Positions 46,640 through 55,110 of a stretch of 64,000 nucleotides of DNA are shown here, piece after piece. A program made the translations under genes and the position numbers. Each line of letters opens with the position of its first letter. Position 1 is the stretch's first letter. Source of the DNA: Anaerosomatales bacterium (GTDB taxonomy: Bacteria > Actinomycetota > Coriobacteriia > Anaerosomatales > SLCP01). Location of the stretch: NCBI GenBank assembly GCA_029210645.1, contig JARGFT010000001.1:1035-65034 (forward strand), read 5' to 3'. The notes below the pieces were generated by a model. The model made no database searches. It was not told the DNA's origin and saw only the letters and a list, made by a program, of their open reading frames with translations.

Positions 46640-48121
46640 GTGAGTGAAGAGCAGGACAACGGCACGGTCATCGAGCACGAGGAGTACACCGACGAGGAGA
46701 TGCACGCCCTCATCGACGGCACTATGACCGATTTCGATGAAGGCGATCTCGTCAGCGGCACCATCGTTCAGGTGGAGCGCGACGAAGTTCTTCTCGACAT
46801 CGGCTACAAGTCCGAAGGTGTCATCCCCGCGCGTGAACTGTCGATCCGCAAGGACGTCAATCCCGCCGACGTCGTTTCCCTCGGCGATGCCGTCGAGGCC
46901 CTCGTTCTCCAGAAGGAGGACAAGGACGGTCGTCTCATCCTCTCCAAGAAGCGTGCTGAGTACGAGCGCGCCTGGTCCGACATCGAGGAGAAGTTCAACG
47001 CAGGCGAGGTCGTCGACGGCGAGGTCATCGAGGTCGTCAAGGGTGGTCTCATCCTCGACATCGGACTTCGCGGCTTCCTTCCCGCGTCTCTCGTCGATCT
47101 TCGCAGGGTCAAGGACCTCGCCTCGTTCATGGGCGACCGCCTCGAGGCCCGCGTCATCGAGATGGACCGCAACCGCAACAACGTCGTGCTCTCCCGCCGT
47201 GTGGTTCTCGAGGAGGGCCGCAAGCACGAGCGCGCAGCCATCCTGGAGAAGCTCGCCAAGGGTCAGATCCTGCCGGGTACCGTCTCGAGCATCGTGGACT
47301 TCGGCGCGTTCGTGGACCTCGGCGGCATCGACGGGCTGGTGCACATCTCCGAGCTGTCCTGGAGCCACGTCAACCACCCGTCCGAGGTCGTCAAGGTCGG
47401 CGACGAGGTCGAGGTCAAGGTTCTCGACGTTGACATGGACCGCGAGCGGATCTCGCTCGGCCTGAAGCAGACCCAGCCCGATCCGTGGCAGGAGCTTGTC
47501 AAGAAGTTCCCGGTCGGCTCGATCATCGAGGGCCGCGTGACCAAGCTCGTTCCGTTCGGCGTGTTCGTCGAGCTGGGCGACGGCGTCGAGGGCCTCGTGC
47601 ACATCTCCGAGATGGCCAAGGTCCACGTCGAGACTCCCGAGCAGGTCACTGCCGTCGGTGAGGAAGTCATGATCAAGGTCAAGGAGGTCGATCTCGACCG
47701 CCGCCGCATCTCGCTGTCCATGAAGGACGCCGCCGAGGCACTCGGCACCGTGATCGAGGTCACCGAGCTGGAGACGCCCGAGTCCGAGGAGGACGAGACG
47801 GTCGAGGCGGCACAGGCTGACGTCGCAGAGGAGGCCGTCGACGAGTCCGAGGCCGTCGAGGTTGTCGAGGAGCCCGAGGTCGAGGCTGAGGTCGAAGCAG
47901 CTGAGGCTGTCGAGGAAGCTCCCGTCGAGGAGATCGCCGAAGCTGTCGAGGAGCCTGTCGATGAGGTCGTCGAGGAGGTAGCCGAGCCGGTCGAGGAGCC
48001 TGTCGATGAGGTCGTCGGGGAGGTAGCCGAGCCGGTCGAGGAGACCGAGGAGGCGCCCGCCGAGTCCGAGGAAGTGGCCGAAGAGGCCGAAGCCGAGGCC
48101 GAGGAGAAGACCGAGGAGTAG
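46640..48121 (+). CDS. rpsA: 30S ribosomal protein S1 with an acidic repetitive C-terminal tail
   Basis: Four clear S1 OB-fold repeats (G.IV.G.V......GA.VD.G..GL.H.SE) and a Glu/Val/Ala-rich tail from about residue 380. Confidence 0.95.
   Translation: MSEEQDNGTVIEHEEYTDEEMHALIDGTMTDFDEGDLVSGTIVQVERDEVLLDIGYKSEGVIPARELSIRKDVNPADVVSLGDAVEALVLQKEDKDGRLILSKKRAEYERAWSDIEEKFNAGEVVDGEVIEVVKGGLILDIGLRGFLPASLVDLRRVKDLASFMGDRLEARVIEMDRNRNNVVLSRRVVLEEGRKHERAAILEKLAKGQILPGTVSSIVDFGAFVDLGGIDGLVHISELSWSHVNHPSEVVKVGDEVEVKVLDVDMDRERISLGLKQTQPDPWQELVKKFPVGSIIEGRVTKLVPFGVFVELGDGVEGLVHISEMAKVHVETPEQVTAVGEEVMIKVKEVDLDRRRISLSMKDAAEALGTVIEVTELETPESEEDETVEAAQADVAEEAVDESEAVEVVEEPEVEAEVEAAEAVEEAPVEEIAEAVEEPVDEVVEEVAEPVEEPVDEVVGEVAEPVEETEEAPAESEEVAEEAEAEAEEKTEE
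47945..48043 (+). repeat. 45-bp tandem repeat (about 2.2 copies) inside the rpsA tail
   Basis: Unit GTCGAGGAGCCTGTCGATGAGGTCGTCGAGGAGGTAGCCGAGCCG at 47945-47989 recurs at 47990-48034 with one mismatch (GAG to GGG), then a partial third copy. It encodes VEEPVDEVVEEVAEP. Confidence 0.8.
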
Positions 48122-48152
48122 TCCGCCCGCCCTGCGGGGTAGCGGTCTGTGC

Positions 48153-48189
48153 GGGGGCCGGGCACACGGAGACGTGGTGCCCGGCCCCC
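48153..48189 (+). terminator. 13-bp perfect GC hairpin after rpsA
   Basis: GGGGGCCGGGCAC / GTGCCCGGCCCCC, followed by GACGTTT. It overlaps the track's upstream extension of coaE, which supports ATG 48213 as the coaE start. Confidence 0.7.
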
Positions 48190-48212
48190 GACGTTTAGGC
48201 GCGGAGGTTGAC

Positions 48213-48821
48213 ATGCACGTCATAGCGCTGACCGGGGGCATCGGGGCGGGCAAGAGCACCGCTGCCGAGGTCTTCCGTGCAAAGGGGGCCCTCGTGCTCT
48301 CGCTCGACGATGTGGCGAAGCGTCTCCTCGAGCCGGGCAGCGCCGTCTTCGACGACGTCGTCTCTGCATTCGGAGAGGGCATCCTCGATGCGCGCGGGCG
48401 GGTCGACACGAAGGCCCTGGCACGGGACGCGTTCTCCTGCCCGGACCGCTCTGCCCGGCTCAACGAGATCGTGCACCCGGCCGTTCTGCGCTCGGTCAGC
48501 GAGATGCTCGAAGGATTGGAACGTCGTCCCGATCCACCTCGCCTCGTCGTCATCGAGATTCCACTGCTGGTCGAGTCCCCCGAGTTCCAGCGTCTTGTCG
48601 GGGGCATAGTGACTATCTCGGCGCCGGAAGAGCAGCGTGTCGCCCGTGCGGTGGCATCGGGACGTGACGAGGACGACGTGCGTGCCCGTATGGCCTGTCA
48701 GGCGACGGACGCGCGGAGAGAAGCCATCGCCGATGTGGCGTTCGCGAACGACGGGAGCATCGAGAAGTTCCGGGAGGCGCTCGGACGCTACGCCGACGAG
48801 GTGATCGCGGATGCGCCGTAG
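48213..48821 (+). CDS. coaE: dephospho-CoA kinase
   Basis: MHVIALTGGIGAGKST P-loop, about 200 aa. Confidence 0.9.
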   Translation: MHVIALTGGIGAGKSTAAEVFRAKGALVLSLDDVAKRLLEPGSAVFDDVVSAFGEGILDARGRVDTKALARDAFSCPDRSARLNEIVHPAVLRSVSEMLEGLERRPDPPRLVVIEIPLLVESPEFQRLVGGIVTISAPEEQRVARAVASGRDEDDVRARMACQATDARREAIADVAFANDGSIEKFREALGRYADEVIADAP

Positions 48822-49410
48822 TCGGCCGTGGGCAGGTCACCGCCTCGTTCTGCTTCTCGTGATCGGAGCGCTGGGCGTACTGGCCTTCTTCGCGCTGCGC
48901 GGACCGCTCTGGTTCCAACGGCTCTACTACCCGCTTGCATTCGAGGCCGAGATCGCCGCGTCCGCCGAGCGGCACAGCGTAAGCCCCTTCCTCATGGCCG
49001 CCGTCATCAACGAGGAGTCAGGGTTCGATCCGGAGATCGTGTCACGCGCCGGCGCGGTCGGACTCATGCAAGTGATGCCGGCCACAGCAGAGGACATGCG
49101 CGCGCGAGGCATCGTCGATGCCACAACGGTTGACGCAGTCGATCTGGCCGATCCCGCGGCCAATATCGAGTACGGGACTGCCTACCTGCGCTATCTCGTG
49201 GAGCGGTACCATGAGATAGAGGCCGCGCTGGCGGCCTACAACGCGGGCCTGCGCTACGCCGACGAATGGGCGGCGCAGGGCGGGAGCATCCGCGACGAGA
49301 TCACCTTCTCGGAGACGCGCCACTTCGTCGTGCGTGTCGTGCGCGCCAAGGAGCGCTACGAGCAGATCTACCCCGAGGCGTTTGCGGGCTGGAGTGGAGG
49401 CAGCGAGTGA
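48811..49410 (+). CDS. lytic transglycosylase (SLT domain) with N-terminal membrane anchor
   Basis: ES motif (NEESGFDP), [10 protein letters not shown] and AYNAG. Confidence 0.8.
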   Translation: MRRSRPWAGHRLVLLLVIGALGVLAFFALRGPLWFQRLYYPLAFEAEIAASAERHSVSPFLMAAVINEESGFDPEIVSRAGAVGLMQVMPATAEDMRARGIVDATTVDAVDLADPAANIEYGTAYLRYLVERYHEIEAALAAYNAGLRYADEWAAQGGSIRDEITFSETRHFVVRVVRAKERYEQIYPEAFAGWSGGSE

Positions 49411-51476
49411 GCGACATCCGCTTGCGTGTGGAGGCCGAGTTCGAACCGGCTGGCGATCAGCCGAAGGCCATCTCCGAGCTGACCGAGGGCATCAGCTCGG
49501 GTCAGCGCTACCAGACACTTCTCGGCGTGACCGGCTCGGGCAAGACCTTCACCATGGCCAAGACCATCGAGGCTGTGCAGAAGCCCACTCTCATCATGGC
49601 CCCGAACAAGACGCTCGCGGCCCAGCTCGCCTCGGAGCTTCGCGACTTCATGCCCGACAACGCGGTTGTCTACTTCGTCTCCTACTACGACTACTACCAG
49701 CCCGAGGCCTACGTCGCGACGACCGACACCTTCATCGAGAAGGATGCCTCGATCAACGCCGAGGTCGAGAAGTTGCGCCACGCAGCAACGGCGGCACTCC
49801 TCTCCCGGCGTGACGTTGTGGTGGTTGCCAGCGTCTCGTGCATCTACGGCATCGGCTCGCCCGAGGACTACGCGGGCATGGCTGCGTTCCTGACGGTGAG
49901 CGAGGAGTACGACCGCGACCAGCTCATCCGTGACCTGATCGAGATACAGTACGACCGCAACGACTACGAGCTGCAGCGCGGAGCCTTCCGCGTACGGGGT
50001 GACGTGCTCGACGTCTTCCCGCCCTACGCCGACCACCCGGTTCGCGTGGAGTTCTTCGGTGACGAGATCGAGTCCATAGCCGAGGTTGACCAGCTCACCG
50101 GTGAAGTGCTCGTTTCCTACAAGTGGCTACCGATCTGGCCGGCAACGCACTATGTGACCGCACCCGATAAGCTCAAGGCCGCGCTCGAGACCATCCAGGC
50201 CGAACTGGTGACCCGCCTGGGCGAGCTGAAAGCCGAGGGCAAGCTGCTCGAGGCGCAGCGGCTCGAGATGCGGGTGAACTACGACCTTGAGATGCTCGAG
50301 ACGATGGGGTTCTGCTCGGGCATCGAGAACTACTCGCGCCACCTCGACGGGCGCGATCCCGGCGAGCCCGCCAGCACGCTCATCGATTATTTCCCCGACG
50401 ACTTCCTCTGCTTCATCGACGAGTCTCACGTGACCATCCCGCAGATCCGCGGCATGCACGAGGGTGACCGCAGCCGCAAGCTCACGCTGGTGGAGCACGG
50501 CTTCCGTCTGCCGAGCGCGCTGGACAACCGGCCGCTGCGTTTCGACGAGTTCGAGCAGCGCGTGCCGCAGTTCGTATACGTCTCGGCCACGCCGGGTGAC
50601 TACGAGCTCTCGGTGTCCTCGCAGGTGGTCGAGCAGATCATCCGTCCAACCGGACTCGTCGATCCGGAGATAGTCGTCCGTCCGGTCAAGGGCCAGGTCG
50701 ACGACCTCATGCACGAAGTCCGGGAACGCGTCGCTCGCGACGAACGAGTGCTCGTCACTACGCTCACAAAGCGAATGGCCGAGGATTTGACCGAGTATCT
50801 CTTCGAGCAGGGACTCAAGGTGCGTTACCTGCACTCGGACATCGGCACACTGGAGCGTGTCGACATCTTGCGCGATCTGCGCCTCGGCACGTTCGACTGC
50901 CTCGTGGGCATCAACCTGCTGAGGGAGGGCCTCGATCTGCCTGAGGTCTCGCTCGTGGCGATCCTCGATGCCGATAAGGAGGGGTTTCTGCGCAACTTCC
51001 GCAGCCTCATCCAGACCGTCGGCCGCGCGTCGCGAAACGTCTCGGGCGAGGTCATCATGTACGCGGACAGGGTTACCGATTCGATGAGGTTCGCGATCGA
51101 GGAGACGAATCGGCGCCGCGCTCTGCAAGTGGCCTACAACCAGGAACACGGGATCGAGCCGACGACCATCCGCAAGGCGATCGCGGACATCGTGCAGTAC
51201 GTGCGGGAGGGAGAGGCGCAGCTCACGACCGCCGCCGAGGCCGCCCGCGAGCTCGCGAGGATGCCGCGCGACGAGGTCATGCGGCTGATCTCCACACTCG
51301 AGGAGGACATGGGCGCGGCTGCCGAGTCGCTCGACTTCGAGCAGGCGGCGCGCCTTCGCGACCAGGTGGTGAAGTTGCGTGCCGAGGTGGAGTCGACCAG
51401 TGCCGATGAGGTCCTCGGTCGTCTCAAGCAGGGTGCTCGCAAGGGGAGCGGGTACGGGAAGCGCAAGAGGCGCTGA
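49407..51476 (+). CDS. uvrB: excinuclease ABC subunit B
   Basis: [12 protein letters not shown], the DESH box (FIDESHVT) and the C-terminal UVR motif ([11 protein letters not shown]). GTGA overlap with the upstream stop. Confidence 0.95.
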   Translation: MSDIRLRVEAEFEPAGDQPKAISELTEGISSGQRYQTLLGVTGSGKTFTMAKTIEAVQKPTLIMAPNKTLAAQLASELRDFMPDNAVVYFVSYYDYYQPEAYVATTDTFIEKDASINAEVEKLRHAATAALLSRRDVVVVASVSCIYGIGSPEDYAGMAAFLTVSEEYDRDQLIRDLIEIQYDRNDYELQRGAFRVRGDVLDVFPPYADHPVRVEFFGDEIESIAEVDQLTGEVLVSYKWLPIWPATHYVTAPDKLKAALETIQAELVTRLGELKAEGKLLEAQRLEMRVNYDLEMLETMGFCSGIENYSRHLDGRDPGEPASTLIDYFPDDFLCFIDESHVTIPQIRGMHEGDRSRKLTLVEHGFRLPSALDNRPLRFDEFEQRVPQFVYVSATPGDYELSVSSQVVEQIIRPTGLVDPEIVVRPVKGQVDDLMHEVRERVARDERVLVTTLTKRMAEDLTEYLFEQGLKVRYLHSDIGTLERVDILRDLRLGTFDCLVGINLLREGLDLPEVSLVAILDADKEGFLRNFRSLIQTVGRASRNVSGEVIMYADRVTDSMRFAIEETNRRRALQVAYNQEHGIEPTTIRKAIADIVQYVREGEAQLTTAAEAARELARMPRDEVMRLISTLEEDMGAAAESLDFEQAARLRDQVVKLRAEVESTSADEVLGRLKQGARKGSGYGKRKRR

Positions 51477-51670
51477 TGCGGTAGATGACACGTTCTCGAC
51501 CTCCCGCTCACACTCATGCTACCTTTGACCGGAGTGTGGTGCTGCGGGGGCAGGAATGTGTCGTCACACTGCGAAAACAGTAGGTGTGCGACCGATCCGG
51601 TACGGCTGCACGAAGTCGTAAGGGGTGGCCGGGACGTCACTCCCGGCTCGAGACGGGGTATGGGGGCACG

Positions 51671-52498
51671 ATGAACTTGACCGAGTTCAACGTCTGGCTC
51701 GACGTGGTGTTCACCGCGCTCTACGCGGTGGTCATCGTGGCGCTGATCGTGCACTTCGCGTTCGACGTCATCACCGGCCGGTTCCGTAAGAAGTGGATCG
51801 ACGGGCAGTGGCCCGAGCACGACCACGCGGTCCCCGCGATGCCCAAGGTCCTTCACTTCGTCCATATGGCGTGCATCCTTCTCCTGGCCTTCAGCGGCAT
51901 GTACATCCGCTTCCCCTTTTTCGAAGGCGGCCGCATCGCGATGCGGTGGGTGCACTACGTCGCGATGATCGTGGTCTGCGTAGTTCTCCTCTGGCGGATC
52001 TGGTACGCCTTCTTCTCCAAGAACAAGGACTGGCGGGAGTTTGTGGTGAGGCGCAAGGACATGGCGAGCCTCATCGCGGTCGCGAAGTTCTACGCGTATC
52101 TGAGCAACTACAAGCCGCACATCGCCAAGTACAACGTCATGCAGAAGCTCGTGTACAACGTCTTCCTGTATTTGATGTTCCTGCAGGCGTTCACGGGGTT
52201 CGCTCTCGTCACCGCACCCTTCATCTTCGGGTACAGTCCGCGTGACCTGCTGGTGGGATGGTGGCTGGGCGCCCTGCTCGGCAGCGCCGATCTGGCCGGT
52301 TGGTGGGCCCGCATCGCCCACTACGTGATCAACTGGCTCTTCATCATCATGGTCACGGCGCATGTCTATCTCTCGGCGACCGTCGATATCCCGTGCACGC
52401 TCGACTTCTTCGGGATACGGAAGCTGAAGGTGACGGGAGGACACGGACACGGGGAGCACGCCGCGCCGGCCGGAGTCTCCATGGCGGAGGCCGAGTAG
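51671..52498 (+). CDS. b-type cytochrome membrane protein (Ni/Fe-hydrogenase / formate dehydrogenase gamma-like, PF01292-type)
   Basis: Four or five TM spans with conserved His in TM helices (VLHFVHMACILL, RWVHYVAMIV, IAHYVINWLFIIMVTAHVY). No partner dehydrogenase is adjacent. Confidence 0.6.
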   Translation: MNLTEFNVWLDVVFTALYAVVIVALIVHFAFDVITGRFRKKWIDGQWPEHDHAVPAMPKVLHFVHMACILLLAFSGMYIRFPFFEGGRIAMRWVHYVAMIVVCVVLLWRIWYAFFSKNKDWREFVVRRKDMASLIAVAKFYAYLSNYKPHIAKYNVMQKLVYNVFLYLMFLQAFTGFALVTAPFIFGYSPRDLLVGWWLGALLGSADLAGWWARIAHYVINWLFIIMVTAHVYLSATVDIPCTLDFFGIRKLKVTGGHGHGEHAAPAGVSMAEAE

Positions 52499-52504
52499 CC
52501 GCGG

Positions 52505-54649
52505 TCAGGAGCGTTCGATCGTTACCAGACGTTGCTTGACCGGTGCGAAGTAGGGGAGCGAGACGCCGACCGCGTCGTAGCCGAGCGCGACGAGTTCGGG
52601 CAGCAGCTCCTCGTCGTGTGCGCTCTCTCCGCACGCGCACAGGAAGACTCCGTACTCGCGTGACACCTCGGCGATGTGTGCGAGGACTTCGAGCACGGCC
52701 GGATGCGCGGGGCGAAACAGCGGCGCCACACGCTCGCTCTCCCGGTCTATCGCGAGCACGCACATCACGAGGTCGCTCACCCCGACGCTCACGAAGTCCA
52801 CACCGAGTTCGCAGACATCCCTCAGGCGCGCGGCGATGCCCGGTGTCTCGACGGAGACCCCGAGGCCCACGTCGTCGTGCGGACGCATCCCGGCGCGCAG
52901 CATGAACTGCTTGGCCCGCTCGTACTCCTCGGGAAAGCGAACGAACGGCAGCTTGACGGATACGCTGTCCGCGCCCGCCTCCAGTGCGCGCCGGACGGCC
53001 CGGAGCTCCAATGCGAACAGTTCGGGCTCTTCGAGTTCGCGTCCCAGGCCCCGCCAGCCGAGAAGCGGGTTGCGCTCGCTCGGCTCCTCATTGCCGCCGT
53101 CCAGTCTGCGGAACTCGTCAGTCGGGGCATCGAGCGTCTTGTACCAGATCGGTTTGCCGGCGAAGAGGCGGCTGGTCTCCAGCACGCCGGCCATGAGCGC
53201 ATCTTCGAGCGCGCGTCCTCGCCCGGTCCGAACCATCTTCGCCGGGTGGACCCCTGACTGCAGCAGGAAATAGTCGTTTCGAAGTGAACTCACCCCGTCG
53301 GCGTGGGCCGCCACCGGTTTGGCCTGCTCGGGCACGAGGACGGAGACGAAGACGTTGGTCCGCGTTGTCACGTCGGTGTCGATCTCCTCCGGACGCAAAG
53401 ACAGGTCTCCGAGGAAGACCGCCCCCCGATAGCCGTCAACAGTCACCCGCTCACCCTCGCGGAGCACTGACGTCGCCGAGCCGGTGGACAGAACGCACGC
53501 GACCCCGAACTCGCGCAGGATGTTAGCGGCGTGGCTGGTGGCGCCTCCCTCGTCTGCCACGACCGCCGTCGCGTCACGCAGGTGTACGGCGAGGTCGTTG
53601 GTCAGGCGGCGCACCACCACGACGGCGCCCGGCGGAAGGATCTGTACCTGGTCGCCCGCGAGGAGCACTACCTCGCCGGAACCGACCGCCGGGCTGGCAC
53701 CGATCCCGCGCAAGAGCACCGTGTGCTCGGCGATTTCGGGAAAGAGCATCTCGCCGGAGTCGTAGAAGATGAGCGGACGCGATTGGAGCAGGTAGAACTC
53801 GCCGTTCGCGTAGGCCCACTCGATGTCCTGCGCAGCACCGAACACCTTCTCCGCGCGTCGTGCCCACTCGGCGAGCAGGGCGACTTCTCGCTCCTCCAGC
53901 TTCCGGCGTACGGCGAAGGGTCCATCGGGATGCCCCACCAGCGTCACGCGCCGGTCGGCAGGTCTGAACTCGTAGCGTTCGGGTGTGACCTCACCCGAGA
54001 CGATGTCCTCGCCTGAGCCCTGTATCGCCTCCACGATAACCACATCCGCTTCGCGCCTGGCCGGGTCGCGACCGAACGCGAGACCGGAGCGCTCGGACGG
54101 TATCTGTCGTTGCAGGAGGATCGCAACCCTCACGTCGGCGGGGTCGACACCTCGCTCACGTGCGTAGAGCATCGCTCGCACGCTGAACGCGGATGCCCAG
54201 CACCGTTTAACGGCGGCGTACATCTCTTCGGCGCTCGATACGTCGGATACCGAAGAGAGCATCCCTGCGAAGCTCGAGGAGGCGGTGTCCTCAACGGTCG
54301 CAGAGCTCCTGACCACGATGGCGTGTCCCTCCGTGGAGAGGAACGTGAACGCTTCGGCTAGTTTCTCGGCAAGAGCGGCAGACAGGGGATGGCCGATGAT
54401 CGCAGAGCGGATACGTTCAGTTGGCGCGTCGAAGGAGTCGCGGTCCGGCGACAGATTCCTGAGTCGGATAACGAGGACGTTCGCTCCCGAAGTGGCCATG
54501 AACGTGTCGAACGCCTCGGTCGTGAGGACCTGGGCTGGCGGAACGGGGAGCCCCTCTGCAGCGAGGCGCGCGAGGTTAGCGGCCTTGCCACCGACAACCG
54601 CCGCTTCGCTGTGTGCCGCCTGCTCGATCGTGATGACCGCCGCAGCCAT
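52505..54649 (-). CDS. phosphoenolpyruvate synthase / pyruvate,water dikinase family enzyme
   Basis: PPDK_N (VVGGKAANLARL), the phospho-His domain (EGGATSHAANILREFGV) and a C-terminal PEP-utilizing TIM barrel (NPLLGWRG, VGVSDL). ATG 54649. The 258-codon upstream extension in the track overlaps cadC antisense. Confidence 0.8.
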   Translation of the reverse strand: MAAAVITIEQAAHSEAAVVGGKAANLARLAAEGLPVPPAQVLTTEAFDTFMATSGANVLVIRLRNLSPDRDSFDAPTERIRSAIIGHPLSAALAEKLAEAFTFLSTEGHAIVVRSSATVEDTASSSFAGMLSSVSDVSSAEEMYAAVKRCWASAFSVRAMLYARERGVDPADVRVAILLQRQIPSERSGLAFGRDPARREADVVIVEAIQGSGEDIVSGEVTPERYEFRPADRRVTLVGHPDGPFAVRRKLEEREVALLAEWARRAEKVFGAAQDIEWAYANGEFYLLQSRPLIFYDSGEMLFPEIAEHTVLLRGIGASPAVGSGEVVLLAGDQVQILPPGAVVVVRRLTNDLAVHLRDATAVVADEGGATSHAANILREFGVACVLSTGSATSVLREGERVTVDGYRGAVFLGDLSLRPEEIDTDVTTRTNVFVSVLVPEQAKPVAAHADGVSSLRNDYFLLQSGVHPAKMVRTGRGRALEDALMAGVLETSRLFAGKPIWYKTLDAPTDEFRRLDGGNEEPSERNPLLGWRGLGRELEEPELFALELRAVRRALEAGADSVSVKLPFVRFPEEYERAKQFMLRAGMRPHDDVGLGVSVETPGIAARLRDVCELGVDFVSVGVSDLVMCVLAIDRESERVAPLFRPAHPAVLEVLAHIAEVSREYGVFLCACGESAHDEELLPELVALGYDAVGVSLPYFAPVKQRLVTIERS

Positions 54650-54699
54650 GACCGACCCCTCACAATGGTGCCCGGGATGAGTATTCCCGTCCCGGGTGC

Positions 54700-55110
54700 T
54701 TGACTGCCGCCCGGTCGCGTAGTATGAGTGAGCGTATGAGCAGACGTGCATATGATGCCAGTTCGAGTTGTGATGCCACGATCGTCGACCCTGACGCCGT
54801 GGCCCGCGTACTCGAGGCGCAGCCCGGGAGCAACCAGCTTTCCCTGGTGGCAGACATCTTCGCGGCTCTGTCCGACCCCACCCGCCTGCGCATCCTGCTC
54901 GCCCTGTCGCGCGAAGACCTGTGCGTCTGCGACCTTGCGGTGGTGACCGGCGTGAGCTCCTCAGCGGTGAGTCACCAGCTGCGGCTCCTGCGCGACCGAC
55001 GCCTCGTGAGTTTCCGGCGCGAGGGCAAGCGTGCGGTCTATCGTCTCGCGGACAGCCACGTCGCAGCGCTCCTCGCGCAGGGAACCGAACATGCTGGAGA
55101 GCGGGCGTGA
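54700..55110 (+). CDS. cadC: ArsR/SmtB-family metalloregulator (CadC-like)
   Basis: LSDPTRLRILLAL...DLCVCDLAVVTGVSSSAVSHQLRLLR (ELCVCDL-type metal site plus HTH). The start is uncertain (54700 or 54724). Confidence 0.85.
   Translation: MTAARSRSMSERMSRRAYDASSSCDATIVDPDAVARVLEAQPGSNQLSLVADIFAALSDPTRLRILLALSREDLCVCDLAVVTGVSSSAVSHQLRLLRDRRLVSFRREGKRAVYRLADSHVAALLAQGTEHAGERA

Noticed and set aside
47760-48167. Regularly spaced short repeats considered as a CRISPR-like array
   Set aside because: The repeats are in-frame codon repeats inside the rpsA acidic tail. There is no spacer/repeat alternation and there are no cas genes.
46421-48607. 728-aa minus-strand ORF opposite rpsA and coaE
   Set aside because: Same reasoning: it mirrors the S1 gene and its acidic repeat (giving Leu/Asp/Gly repeats), with no independent start signals or motifs.
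51477-51670. CACACTC/GAGTGTG inverted repeat, a TGTG-N4-CACA motif and a GCCGGGA-CGTCAC-TCCCGGC hairpin upstream of the cytochrome b gene as a CRP site or ANTAR target
   Set aside because: The spacing is wrong for CRP (N4 instead of N8 between TGTG and CACA). The hexaloop lacks the A1/G4 pattern and has neither a partner hairpin nor a terminator.
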